Assembly: GCF_001194135.2 (NCBI RefSeq)
Contig: NC_068989.1
Span: forward strand, 25,663,414-25,727,413
Origin: Octopus bimaculoides
Lineage: Eukaryota
Direction of reading: 5' to 3'
Length of the DNA: 64,000 bases
Shown here: positions 1 through 12,304 of the stretch, one piece after another
Layout of the letters: every line of letters starts with the position of its first letter
Numbering within the stretch: the first letter of the stretch is position 1
The notes under the pieces: generated by a model
Told to the model about the DNA's origin: nothing
The model's input: the letters and a program-made list of their open reading frames with translations, nothing else
Database searches by the model: none
Program-made: the position numbers and the translations under genes

Positions 1-813
1 AACCAGACCAACAAATTAAAGAACAGCAGTAGACCAAAATGTAGTGTATGTAAACAACAAGATGAAACCAAACATCATGTTGTCTCCATGTACAGTTTTC
101 TTGCGCCTAAGGAGTATCTCGACAGGCATGATAAAGCAGCACATTATATTCACTGGGTAATTTGCAAAACCTGGACTTACCCCATCATAAATCTGGTGGA
201 AACACAAACCACTTCCAGTGCTTGAAAATGATTACATCTCACTCCTCTGGAACTTCACCATTCAAATTGATAGAAAGATAGATTCAAATAGGCCAGACAT
301 TATATGAAAAACGCCAGACAAATATCGTACCTCCTCATTGATCTGACTGTCTCATTCGACATAAATGTATCTGTCAAGACCTACCAATAACTGAGCAACT
401 ATAAATTTCATGAAATAGGAATTGGCAAAATGTGAAGCCTCAAGACTAAAACAATATCTGTTGTCACGGGTACCGTAGGAGTGATAGCAAAAGGGGTTGA
501 TTCATACTTAGCTCAGATACCAGGAAACACCAAAATGGCAGAAATTTAAAAGACAGTGCTCATGGGAATGCCCATATTCTACGTAAAATACTAAGTAATC
601 TCAAATTATTAAACAAACTTTTAATTTTCATATGTTTTCTTAAATGTTCTCTCGAACAATACTATGCGTAAAACCAAATATATGAGACCTTGGGCATAAC
701 ACCAGCATGGACTTCTAACTCGTCTCTTGAGTTCTCTGAGTGAGATTTGGAGTCAACTTGTACAAATACAATGCAAAAGTCAAACATATAATAATAATAA
801 TAATAATAATAAT
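1..813 (+). mobile_element. R4/Dong-like (RLE clade) non-LTR retrotransposon, decayed 3' end with 3' UTR and (TAA)n tail
   Basis: Manual translation through frameshifts and stops gives ETxHHVVS..LAPKEYLDRHDKAAHYIHWVIC, WWKHKPLPVLEND, SNRPDII, LIDLTVSFD, IPGN..MAEI.KTVLMG.AHILRKIL. This is the zinc-knuckle/RHD/RPD-(D/E)xK restriction-like endonuclease region. It is followed by a TAA tail. Confidence 0.9.
789..813 (+). repeat. (TAA)n microsatellite tail
   Basis: About 8 perfect TAA units directly after the LINE 3' UTR. Confidence 0.95.
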
Positions 814-814
814 C

Positions 815-915
815 CTTTTTTACTAAAGGCATAAAGCTTAAAATTTTAGGGTTGGGGTCTAGTCAATGGCATCGAACCCAGCATTTCACTGGTACTTTTT
901 TATCGACCCCGAAAT
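815..915 (-). mobile_element. SINE fragment (same family as 24395-24590 and 29460-29672)
   Basis: Shares actggtactt..ttatcgaccccgaaa with the other copies in this window. Confidence 0.6.
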
Positions 916-939
916 AACAATAATAAATTTGATGACACA

Positions 940-1463
940 ATAGACCATCCCGTCTCTGGATGTCCAGTGCCGACACCAAACGTATACAAATGTCGCCATG
1001 TTAGAGTAGGACATGATTTACATTGGAAAATATGTAAACAGTACAAAATCAGTATTCTTGCTTACATCATCCTGAGCAAATTGTTGAAGGTAAAATGTCA
1101 CTGTCCTCTGGAATTTTCCAGTCAACAACGACAGAATGATCCAGTCTAATCGATCAAACATAGTCATTAAATACTCAGAAGAGAATACTTGTAGATTAAT
1201 AGTTGTAAATGTTCTCACTGATAAAAATATATGTGTAAAGGAATTTGACAAATTATGTAAATATAAGGACCTGGAAATTGAAATATAAAAGATGTGGCAT
1301 CTTAAGTGAGAACTGTTCCTGTTATTTTGGATGCCCTAAGTATGATGAAAAAGGTATGACAGATACATCTAGATAATATCCCAGGGGAAACATGTCTCAG
1401 AGATATCCAAAAGATTGTACTGACAAGTATTGTCTATATCTTTGCAAAATCCTTTCAATTTAA
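940..1463 (+). mobile_element. Second R4/Dong-like RLE 3' fragment
   Basis: IDHPVSGCPV..YKCRHVRVGHDLHWKICKQY, KEFDKLCKYKDLEIEI, YLDNIPGETCLRDIQKIVL, ending in TAA at ~1461-1463. Confidence 0.85.
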
Positions 1464-1475
1464 ATGTCTGCCACT

Positions 1476-2254
1476 CGTCTTACGAAAACTGATTCCTGAC
1501 ATGGCTAAGTTAGTTTTACTCCGCTTTCGAGCTCTAAGTACAGCTTTGTCTACCAGGTGTTTAGACTTGTCACCTCTTTCACTTACGCTTGCAACACTTC
1601 TGCTTATGTGGCAGGACTCCATTTCTTCCAGATGTTCGTACATTGACTCGGCGACTATTTCAGTCAATAATTTCCCCATAAGTGGCAAGCAGGATATCGG
1701 TTTGTAATTGGCTACCGCATTGCCTTTTTCGATGTTTTTCAAGTACAGCACTGCCCTACCCATTGTCAACCACTCTGGTGTTACTTGGTCGGCATTTAAC
1801 CAGGTGTTGAGTTGTACAGCTATTCGTGCATGATGTTCACCAAATCTTTTGATCTAATAGCCTTGAACTCTATCTGGTCCTCGGGCCTACCAGTTGCCCA
1901 TTTTTTTTGCTGTTTTCTTTCACTTCCCTTACTGAAATGATTAGTTCTGCCTGTTTTGGACAGTTCTTGTAACCAATCAGCATCCTTCATGTGGGTCCTT
2001 GTCTTTGCACCAAAAGCTTTGACTTTCAATGTTATCTGATATCAACTTTTCATCTGTACACTCACCATTTATTTCTTTGTATAATCTATTCTGCTCTATG
2101 TTGAATAACTTATGCTGCTGAGATCCCTTCACTCTTTGGTCGTATCTTACCACCTTTGCTTTCTTTGCAACGAGGCTTTGTTTCAGTTCCTCCATTACCA
2201 CTTCCAGACCCTTTCTGTCAATATCATACTTCCTGTTCAGTGCCGTGTATTTTC
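1476..2254 (-). mobile_element. R4/Dong-like element, inverted pre-RT and RT domains 0-3
   Basis: Minus-strand ORFs give EELKQSLVAKKAKVVRYDQR, KGNAVANYKPISCLPLMGKLLT and KTNLAMSGISFRK (degenerate WID.RKAYD). Confidence 0.88.
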
Positions 2255-2845
2255 GTTCTCTTTTGGATTATGGAATGTATGAACCTATTTGGTATTACAT
2301 TCAATGTTGAGCGATTGCTTGGAAAATTTATGACGAAATGGAGGACAGAACTGGTAGCATATGGAAGACGTTTAGGGACAATAGGAATCAGGAGAGGCAT
2401 CTTGCAAGGGGACTGCCTGTCCCCACTGATTTTTGTTCTGTGCATGATAACACTAACACTGATTCTCAGGAAATCAAAATCTTGGTATTTACTCAAAAGC
2501 CGTTAACAAAAAAATCATCCACTGGTTATTCATGGATGACATCAAGCTTTATGGTAAAGATGGATCCCAAGTGAGCTCCCTCGTTGATACGTTGTATACT
2601 TTCAGTGTTAATATCAGAATGGAGTTCGGACTGAAAAAGTGTGGTATGTTAGCCTAGAAATGAAGCAAAATCAAATGTTTGGACGGGCTAACGATACTAT
2701 CGGGGGAGGTTATGAAGTAAGTAGAAGAGACGGGCTATAAGTACTTGGTGACATTGGAAATTGATAAATTCATGGAGATAGAAGTGACAGAAAAATTTAA
2801 GGAGGAGTACTTGCGCAGACTGAAACTGATCCTTAAGTCGAAATC
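2255..2845 (+). mobile_element. R4/Dong-like RT domains 3-7
   Basis: WIMECMNLFG, RRGILQGDCLSPLIFVLCM, LFMDDIKLYG (YADD-equivalent), MEFGLKKC, YKYL, EEYLRRLKLILKSK. Confidence 0.92.
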
Positions 2846-2989
2846 TAGATTCTGTAATGAAAAATCGCTTTGCCATGAGGCCGATGCGAACACCACCTCT
2901 TGTCTGTATTCAGACTGGGAGGAAGGAAATTATTCTTTTTTTCTGTTTTTTTTCTTCGGTTGGGACGTCTACGACTAAACCGGCAACCC

Positions 2990-3895
2990 GGCAGAACTTG
3001 CTCTGTGAGGTTGGTGTATGAGTTTTGCTATTTTGACACACTACAGTAAGAAGAACAAGACCTGTATAAAGGCGGAAGAAATGAATGTGGCTGTAATGGA
3101 GTACTACGTTCTAGGTAGTCCGAGAAATTATGATGACGTACCAGCTAGGGAAGATAGAAAAAGAATACACAAGGCATGGAGCAACAGAAGCCTATTTGAA
3201 TTAAGTTAATAAAACCCGTGTGACCAAGCTAGAGCTATCAGAAAGAAGGAATGGTCATCTTCAGTTGAACTAGAAAACATTAAGAGACGAGTGCTTAACG
3301 GTGAACGGAAGAATGAGGAAGAGAATGCAGATAATGATACTATACCAGTAGAGTTAATGGGAGAAAACGAGCAAGAGGCTGAGATTATCGGTAATTTTAA
3401 ATGTAATCATTGATATTTAGATCTCCGGAGAACAGAGCTTTTAGATGGGGTTTAAAATAGTAGACAGAATGAAACTCAATGAATGGGTCAGGAAGATAAA
3501 TGATATCACTGGTAATATCAGGACTGACAACATTATAGACACCGACAATCTGATAAATGCAATCGCCATCTTTATAGCTCGGAAGTTAGATTTGAAATGT
3601 CAACATAACCTGAAGTAACCATGGTGGAAAAGGAGAATAACGCAGTCTGCTAACGAGACTAGGAAACATATTAATATTCTGGAACGGAAAAAGAAGAAAT
3701 GAAGTTCAGTGAGTGAAATATGTTGAGCTAGAGAGAAGGTATAATGTAAGAGAAAGGGAATCAATCTTATGATTGAGGAATTAAAACATAGGTTGAAAGC
3801 TAAAGCACATAAACTAAAGAGATGTGAACAGAGAATTGAGCGGTACAGATTAAACAGACTTTTCGAACAAAATCAGAAACTGGTTAGGAAAGAAA
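2990..3895 (+). mobile_element. R4/Dong-like ORF N-terminal fragment (a different copy)
   Basis: EEMNVAVMEYY, RKRIHKAW, DQARAIRKKEW...ELENIKRR, PWWKRRI, IEELKHRLKAKAHKLKRCEQRIE, RLFEQNQK. This is the typical N-terminus of this clade. Confidence 0.8.
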
Positions 3896-3924
3896 GAAGT
3901 GCTTTTGGGGGGTAGTATGGACAT

Positions 3925-4500
3925 TTTCTTTGTCTATCTATGACTTGCAATCGTACTTTCGAAAGTACTCTGTAAACGCTACACCATCCTGTTTCATAAC
4001 TGAATTCTGTCATAGATTTCGATACACCGTCTGGCGAAAACGGACTTATAGTGTTTCATGACTTTTTAAGACATAGCACCATTAACTGTTGTTCTTTTAC
4101 TTGTTGCTGAAGTAGTTGTTTCTGCAACTCCTGTTGCTTTTCTTGCTGCTACGTTTGCAACTGTATTATAGAAGCTAATAAGTCTTCCAACATTAACAAC
4201 TTTGTATAACAAAAAGTAAGCTTACCTACGTGAAATTCGAATACTCGTCGCCCATATTGTTGTAGCGCCATTTGTTATGACGATACTTTTTTGCATTATA
4301 ACCGTGTAGTAACAATAAAACATATATCGAAACAATAACAATAAAATAGTAACAATAAACAAATAACGAAACTAAAGTTAATACACGGAATTCAAAAACA
4401 TGTTTTGTGTATCTTATTTCGTAACCAAAAAGCAGGTGCAGATTATAAGCATTGAACGACCGATTTTGATGATTCACTAGATCCGACCTTGGATCTTGAA
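3925..4500 (-). mobile_element. Ty3/Gypsy remnant: LTR 3' end, primer-binding site and gag N-terminus
   Basis: Minus strand reads ...ACAACA (4263-4258), then TGGGCGACGAG (4254-4244, TGGCGACGAG-type PBS). A Q-rich gag follows: QQELQKQLLQQQ, FSPDGVSKSMTEFSY, DGVAFTEYFRKYD. Confidence 0.72.
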
Positions 4501-4519
4501 AGTTTGCATAAATCATGGC

Positions 4520-5000
4520 TTAGTTAAATGAGTTGTGACTCCAAATGTTGTCATCAGTTGTGCAGCGCTGTATTGTCTAATTTGGTTTTGAAAGTCCTTG
4601 TAATCCTCAATGGCTGTGGAGGTAGAGGATAGCAGGGTGTTTAACCTTTCCACCACTGCAGCACAGTGCAGTTGTTTTCCCAGGCCACTTCCTCACTTTT
4701 GCAACTATGGAAACTCTTGTGTCATCTGCATAATGAACTGCTGGATCATAACTGAAAGCTGCTTCATACAATTTGCTTCTCTAAGCTGTTGCAACTGATC
4801 TTCGATCTGCGGTGGAGTTCCTATTCCTTGTCACCTGTGCATACCTCTGTTAAACACTTTCAGATACTCTGGCTTTTGTAGTGCACAGTCTGTTCGTTTC
4901 TTGGTATACTTCCTGTTCTGCATTTGTCTCTCTTTCCCTGGATAGAGACATTCTTTTGACTGACTCTGACATTGTAGACAAATTTGACACTTTCCTTCTA
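4520..5000 (-). mobile_element. Helitron Rep/helicase N-terminal fragment, decayed
   Basis: LYEAAFSYDPAVHYADD, KW.G...C, FQNQIRQYSAAQLMTTFG. These match the Helitron AAF.YD / IR.YNS.FQMTSFG motifs. Confidence 0.72.
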
Positions 5001-5031
5001 GGCATAGTTATATACGTATACAAAAATACAC

Positions 5032-5085
5032 TTTTATGAAAAAGTTTTTTAAATATTGCAATATTTAAAAAACTTTTTCATAAAA
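5032..5085. repeat. Perfect 54-bp palindrome
   Basis: ttttatgaaaaagttttttaaatattg|caatatttaaaaaactttttcataaaa: 27-bp arms, no spacer, no mismatch. Confidence 0.97.
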
Positions 5086-6029
5086 ACATCAGAATGAAGA
5101 GCATAAAATATGTTCTGGGTCAAATTATTCACGCACCACAAGTATGGAAGCAATTGGTGAATCCGTTTTCGCGTGAAAGCGAATACACACATATCTCTAT
5201 GTAAGGGAGATAATCAATTTTTGAAAGTTATCTTACTTCTCCACGTAACCCAGGAATGGGTCATTTCTGCTTCCACATAGGCTGTTACTCATTATGTGAA
5301 CATTTTAAGAGTTTAAAACCATCGCAGGAGCATAAGTAATGTATATTCTCACTTTGGAGAAAATAAGCTGAAAATTCCTGTCGTTATAATCTTTTACACG
5401 CATACACATACACAGAGACAGAACGATATATATATAATTGATATATATTCACATGTGCACGTGTGTGTAAATGTATGTTCTTTGTGAGTGTTTTTTACGT
5501 TGTCAATGCGACAATACTTACGAAGAAATAATCTTTCTATAAGTTCCTAGTAAAAAAAAAGTATTTTATTTAGAAATCAATTAAGGGTTGTCAACAAGAA
5601 GTGCATTAAGCTATACAATTTTTGTATAGGGAAAATATATCTCTTATAATGATAATGATGACGATTTTGGCGATGAGTACTCTTATGATAATGATGATTA
5701 TTCACTCTGCTTGAAAGGGGCGGAGTGGTCATGGTTGGAACACATTTGCTCATAGCTCTGCTTCAACAATGTTGATCTCGTGCAAAAACGGCGACCACCA
5801 CCACTACTAGCTACGACAATAGCTTAAACAACAACTTACTCTTTTGTGTAGTTCCAAGCTGATAATGGATTCATTCCGCTCATGTTCGGATTCGATTTTT
5901 AAATATTTTTCTTTTTCCCTAAATTGATAAATGGTAAACAACTAGAAATTTCCGAAAATATGCAAATATTGTATTAAATTAAAAATGGTTTGCAAATGAA
6001 CTTAAATTATTAACTCATCCCTTCTTTTT

Positions 6030-6290
6030 CGCCCACGTATTTCTGGGACACAGTCCTCAACCATACCTTTCTGAAGGTTCTGTCAGAAGCAACCATGTCC
6101 AATTTATAAGTCAGAATCCCCAAGGGAGACCATCCAACCATATTTTAGGTGGTCTACCCCAGCGTCACCTGTCGTGGTTTTTGCACACAGCACCTGTCCT
6201 GTGACTCTTTCCTGAAACATTCTTACCACAAACCTAATCTCTCTCAAGTCGGAGAAGTAGCGTCTCTATTTGAAGTATTTCTCTGTTCTC
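6030..6290 (-). mobile_element. RTE-like LINE 3' coding fragment
   Basis: REILQIE.LLLRLERL..GHV-like, RM.QER..QVL.AK, RRRGRP..W-like segment, A.DR..W. Confidence 0.55.
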
Positions 6291-6978
6291 CAATTTCTTA
6301 CTATTTTTTTTTTTGCAATAACGCTGTACCGTTGTAAAAGGAATAAATTTTAAAGTCTCACTTCAAACCTGACTTATAGGTGCATGGCTAAGCGTCCCTT
6401 CCCTCACATACATGCACAAAAAAGTTGTGAAGGAGTCAAATCAGTAGTTCTCACTCTTCCGATTTGTGGCACAAAACATTAAAAACTACTGACACAATTT
6501 AAAAGTTACTGGCGCATTTTGCTTGTAGCTGACAATATACTCAAATATTTATCATATTTTTTGCATTTTAGATTCCAATTAATTTTTATCGATCGGGTAT
6601 ATTATGAAAGACATAACACATGTTAACATTCTAGCTGTTCTTTTACATGATTTACTAAGGATTATACATCATCCAATAAGTTCTTGTTAATTTTTCTTTC
6701 GCAAGCTGGAGTATGGTTGAAAAGAGATTTACCGGTTACTTCTTATTTAGTGCATTTCGTTCTTTGCATCTATCTAATTTTGCTGTAACAGTTATATATC
6801 TCTTCCGATTTAATCATTTATTGTGCTATAATATTCACTACGATTCATTATGTTAATAATATTAAAAAAAATCCCCCAAAATAGGAGAACCAACGGTGTC
6901 ATTTCAATTAACGCATTAAGGGTTCTGTCAATATATTTCTGCTCAAATAAATCTGGAATCCCATTTCATACACTAGTA

Positions 6979-6981
<3 letters not shown>

Positions 6982-7046
<65 letters not shown>

Positions 7047-7874
7047 NNNNNNNNNNNNNNNNNNNNNNNNNNNNNNNNNNNNNNNNNNNNNNNNNNNNNN
7101 NNNNNNNNNNNNNNNNNNNNNNNNNNNNNNNNNNNNNNNNNNNNNNNNNNNNNNNNNNNNNNNNNNNNNNNNNNNNNNNNNNNNNNNNNNNNNNNNNNNN
7201 NNNNNNNNNNNNNNNNNNNNNNNNNNNNNNNNNNNNNNNNNNNNNNNNNNNNNNNNNNNNNNNNNNNNNNNNNNNNNNNNNNNNNNNNNNNNNNNNNNNN
7301 NNNNNNNNNNNNNNNNNNNNNNNNNNNNNNNNNNNNNNNNNNNNNNNNNNNNNNNNNNNNNNNNNNNNNNNNNNNNNNNNNNNNNNNNNNNNNNNNNNNN
7401 NNNNNNNNNNNNNNNNNNNNNNNNNNNNNNNNNNNNNNNNNNNNNNNNNNNNNNNNNNNNNNNNNNNNNNNNNNNNNNNNNNNNNNNNNNNNNNNNNNNN
7501 NNNNNNNNNNNNNNNNNNNNNNNNNNNNNNNNNNNNNNNNNNNNNNNNNNNNNNNNNNNNNNNNNNNNNNNNNNNNNNNNNNNNNNNNNNNNNNNNNNNN
7601 NNNNNNNNNNNNNNNNNNNNNNNNNNNNNNNNNNNNNNNNNNNNNNNNNNNNNNNNNNNNNNNNNNNNNNNNNNNNNNNNNNNNNNNNNNNNNNNNNNNN
7701 NNNNNNNNNNNNNNNNNNNNNNNNNNNNNNNNNNNNNNNNNNNNNNNNNNNNNNNNNNNNNNNNNNNNNNNNNNNNNNNNNNNNNNNNNNNNNNNNNNNN
7801 NNNNNNNNNNNNNNNNNNNNNNNNNNNNNNNNNNNNNNNNNNNNNNNNNNNNNNNNNNNNNNNNNNNNNNNNNN

Positions 7875-7924
<50 letters not shown>
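6982..7924. repeat. (GT)n microsatellite spanning an assembly gap
   Basis: GT repeats on both sides of the N run 7047-7874. Confidence 0.95.
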
Positions 7925-7927
<3 letters not shown>

Positions 7928-10900
7928 AACTTCGAAAGTGTTATCGTGTAACGACTAAAATACGTATTTCAAGAAACGAAGCAAAACTAATGTAAAACGA
8001 ATGCAAAGAAAAAAATGTTTTTCCAATGTTACTACGCTAACAAAAGATTTTGGCCGAGACTTTATATTGCATTCGCAACGTCTGATTGTGGAAACAATAA
8101 ATAATAATGCTTAAATATATTTTGTTCACATCTGCTTCATTAGAACTAATATTTAAATGAATACGTATTGATTAATACATAAATGTCAGCGATAAAGCTG
8201 GACCTTTATATATAATGTAACATAAAATAATTTATGGTGATGAATGTGTCATAAAATCAATTATATATAAACATAAACCTGTCGCTGATGCGACAATAAA
8301 GTATATTTCACAATTATACAAATGTGTATTAATTTGATATAGAATTTTAATGAAATATCGAAGCAGTTTTCGACAAAGTCTCCGAAACTGAGTCTGTCTA
8401 CTGACGTAGATAAAAATGTGAGAGGAAGGAGAGATATAAAGAGGGAGAGAGGGAGAGAAAGTGAGGGAGAGAGAGTGGTTATTCCATGCCATTTATATAC
8501 TATGATAAATTACCGACAGAAATCATTTTCATACCTGACAACTAAGCTGTATCTACGATGAGATTTGAAAGCAGTTTTGTTGCGAACATATTGAAGAATA
8601 TTGCAAATATACATTTTCATAATAGCCAAGGCAGAAAAAAAATTGATTGGAATGATAGTACTGTTTTCTTTGAACATCTACAAGATCAGACAGCAGACAC
8701 TGACATTTGAAGACAAAAACGGGCAACTGATAAAGATAAACGAGATATACTGCTTATTTCTAAAATACCGTTCCAAGTGTAATGTGAGATTGACATCAAC
8801 AATCAATCATCCACTCTATAACGTTCAAACACCATATATAAGAGATTGAAATGTATGGGGATATTTGACTTCATAAATGTATATACGTAATCTGTTTCTG
8901 TATTTTTCCTTCTGTAGTGCAGAGAATGTCGCAACAACTTACATCATTCACAGACTGTGTCCTTGCATCGCCAGGAAATATCTAGTTAGAGTGAGAGTTA
9001 ATTTTGATTCTATACTTCGTTGGTTATTCCGCCCATTTTGCTTTTTCATTATTTGAATAGAAATACGAAAGCATATGCAAGACTCATCGAGTTTCGCTGT
9101 CATTTTTCAGGGACATTCACATAAAATGTATATAGATCTTCAGCACCTATGTAAATCTATAAAGATTTAGATAATAAAATATATGCATGAACAATATAGA
9201 GACTATCATATTGATGAAAGAAACATGATCCAAAGTTTCCTTACCGAGCAAATATGCATCTATCCCTTATTCAATGCTTATCTCTTCCTAGTACTATTCA
9301 AATTTCCATTCAAGTAAGATCATATTAAATTTCATGTTAATGTCTTCGTAAATCTCTACTCATTGACGAATAGGAACAAATTGAACGACACAACTATATT
9401 CAGCGCTGCTCTTCTCTGCCCCTCCTCAGTGGGCCATAGTTCTTAAAATGTCCCGCTAACGCCATGTATTTAGTTTAAGTAAGATCATCTGTAGTCATGT
9501 TTCAGACAGGAATGTTCTAATAGTGGTGTAAGACTATGTTTTCATTTGTTTTTCATCTTCCGACGTAGATGCTTTCTGTCAGACCGCAGTGAGCGCTAAT
9601 TGAGCTATTGTTCTCTATTTCTCAAATCCACTGATAGACTTCGGTGTAGCACTATGATAAAGTGTGTCCTCTACACCCTTTCGCATCTATTTAATTTGCA
9701 TGCAGATAATATCATATTCCACTACCCTAAACAATTTGCATACACGCTTTATTCACGTGTAACTTTGTAACTTTATGCTTAACATTATCTGTTTTCATGA
9801 CAAGAGTCACGATTACATTAGTCAATGCTGACTTGAAAATATAGTCATTTTTATTATTACGAAAAATAACTGTTCATATAAAGGAAATGATTCTATATAC
9901 CCGCTCTTAAATTAGTGAATATAAACCAGTTAGAGTCTTTATTCCAAATTCTGCAATAAAATTCCAGATAACAGATGAGATTCTTTCCATTGCATCGTAT
10001 TTCATACAATTTGTAACGAAATACTAATGCGATGAAGAATATCCCTTCGCAATCGCATTATGCCAGGCTTAATCAAAATTCGCGACGAGACATGTATTGT
10101 GCTGTAAGTTTTGTGATTGAAATTGCTTTGACTAAATCCCGTCTACTAGACTGTGCATGACGTGTTGAGGTATGGATTCCCCTGAGCCGTACATCATGCG
10201 TTAGTCTTGTGAAACAGGAAACATTTAAATACTATATTTCACAATATATCTTCTTATTTTTACTTCTAATAGCCACATATACATTACACAGTGAGATTGC
10301 ATTCCCAAACTTAACCTTCTTCTACAACTCCGGAAGCTACAACAAACAACTCAGATGAGTTGTTAATTCGCTATGAAGCTAAAATATAATCCATATCTCT
10401 GATGCAGATGCTTTTCAACACACACCTAAATGGGCATCCAAGAGAAGATTATATGATTGTGTAATAAATTTCCAATCACGAATAACTGCAGAAATAACAA
10501 CACACTTCAATTCTCAACGTTCTCACTAATTTCTTACACACATCGTTTTGTGGAAATGCAAACAGAACACTAATTTTATCAATCTCGACAGTGTTAACGT
10601 ACAGCGAAGTTCAAAGTAACTACCACCTTGCCCTGACTAAATTATTATTCACATATACAACCAGGAACATATTCGATCATACAGAAACATAAATATATTA
10701 TTTCAAAGTTAAACTCGTAAACTAACTTATATACTTTCATAAATGTTTTTATATAACCATATAATGGCTCTTCCTGAAGTTCATCAAATGTATCAAAACC
10801 TAGAAAAGTTTTGAAACACTTTCATGTTATTACCATGGTTTGTATCTTCAAAAATTATTAACCGCTCCTTTCTTCTATAATGCTACAGTAAATCGAAAGA

Positions 10901-11751
10901 ATTATTCTTGCATCTTAATAACGCATACAACTATTAACTTAATTTTAATTTCACGAATTATCAAAATACTCGCTGATCTAGTTACTACAAACGTAAATAT
11001 GTATCACTGACAAGGACATGGTTGTGACAGCTCATGGCAAGGAATATACTTGACAATAAACATAGCTGCTCACAGCTCATGAAATGAATGGAGAGTGAAT
11101 TTAAAAGATTCAGTGTCTAAGAAGGCATTTCCATAAGGTAAATTCATAACTTTCAAAGCAGGGTATCGAATCAAGTTACTTTACTCTGCGTGTGAGTGTA
11201 TGTGTATGTGTGTTTTATATCTGCCGTATGATTTAATCCGTTTAAATTTAATTGTCAAATTCAGAATGCTGATATTAATTATCAGTGGGCGTAAAAATAC
11301 CGTACTTCCGTCGACGCACTGGAACTAATTGCTTAACTGATTAATTATTCTCAAAACTCTGATAGGAATTGTTGACGTATAAAATAAATGTAGGTTAATT
11401 CAAAGGACCATGAAAATAATTGAATTCTTCACAGTCTAACCTAACTGCTGTAATTTATACCGTGTTGTTGTCAGATCTACTGAGCCAGATTTAAAGGTTA
11501 ATTCACAAAAACAGCACCTAAACAACGAAAGCTGTGTTAGGAGCTAAACTGTCAAATATTATGTTAAAAACTACTAAAAGGACTAAGTCATCTTTGAAAA
11601 CTTTTCATCGTAATATAACGAAAGATGGAGGATAAATTAGCATATTGCATTTTCAAGAAGCTGTATATTTCTAAACAAATGGAATGAAAGAACACACAAA
11701 TAAGTTTTGCAATGAGTTGTATTCTCATTTCATACTTCTTGATGTTAGCAT

Positions 11752-11970
11752 TGAGCAGTGGGCTGGCAGAAACATTCGAGGAGCGGATAAATTTTATTGC
11801 AGTTTGTAGTTATAACTCTCTACGGTCAGAGTTAAACGCCAATTTAGGTCAGCACTGATTTCTACATTTCCTGGACTCTGGAAACAAATGAGTGAATGAA
11901 TGAATGAATAAATAAATAAATAAATAAATAAATAAAATAGTACCAATTAAATAGTGGAGTCGCTTCAATC
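11752..11970 (+). mobile_element. Decayed SINE with internal (AATG)/(AAAT) run
   Basis: gctggcagaa..., ctacggtcagagttaaa, aaatagtaccaatt. Similar to the reverse complement of 24395-24590 and 29460-29672. Confidence 0.55.
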
Positions 11971-12304
11971 AAACGTACACACGGCTTGTATTTTTGAGTT
12001 CAGTAATGCTTGTAAGCGTTACAGGTGTTGATTTTCCTGGGACTATACGAATATAGTATAAATTTTGCACTCCAGTAGATATGATCAGTGCTAATTGTAT
12101 CAAGAAAAACATAGCTGTAACTAACTATATTCAAAGCACTAAGTACATACATACAAACATACATACATACATACATATGTATATATTGGCGGAAGATGCG
12201 TGCGATTGTGTGTTATCTTTCATCAGAAGTCGTTAAAGGTAAAAGACGTTCAACTATTTGCCAGTAAATAAAAAAAAGTAATATAAATAAACTGCAGCTA
12301 AAAT

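Noticed and set aside
6850-7995. Long ORFs (VCVC.., HTHT.., IYIY.. with X runs) here and at 12366-12852, 18958-19370, 21892-22408, 33104-33494, 35842-36464, 38927-39799, 46079-46525 and 59447-60291
   Set aside because: Artefacts of microsatellites plus N gaps, not genes.
12186-12236. Minus-strand CTGATGA followed by an aagat/atctt stem
   Set aside because: No GAAA box or NUH with stems I and III, so not a hammerhead.
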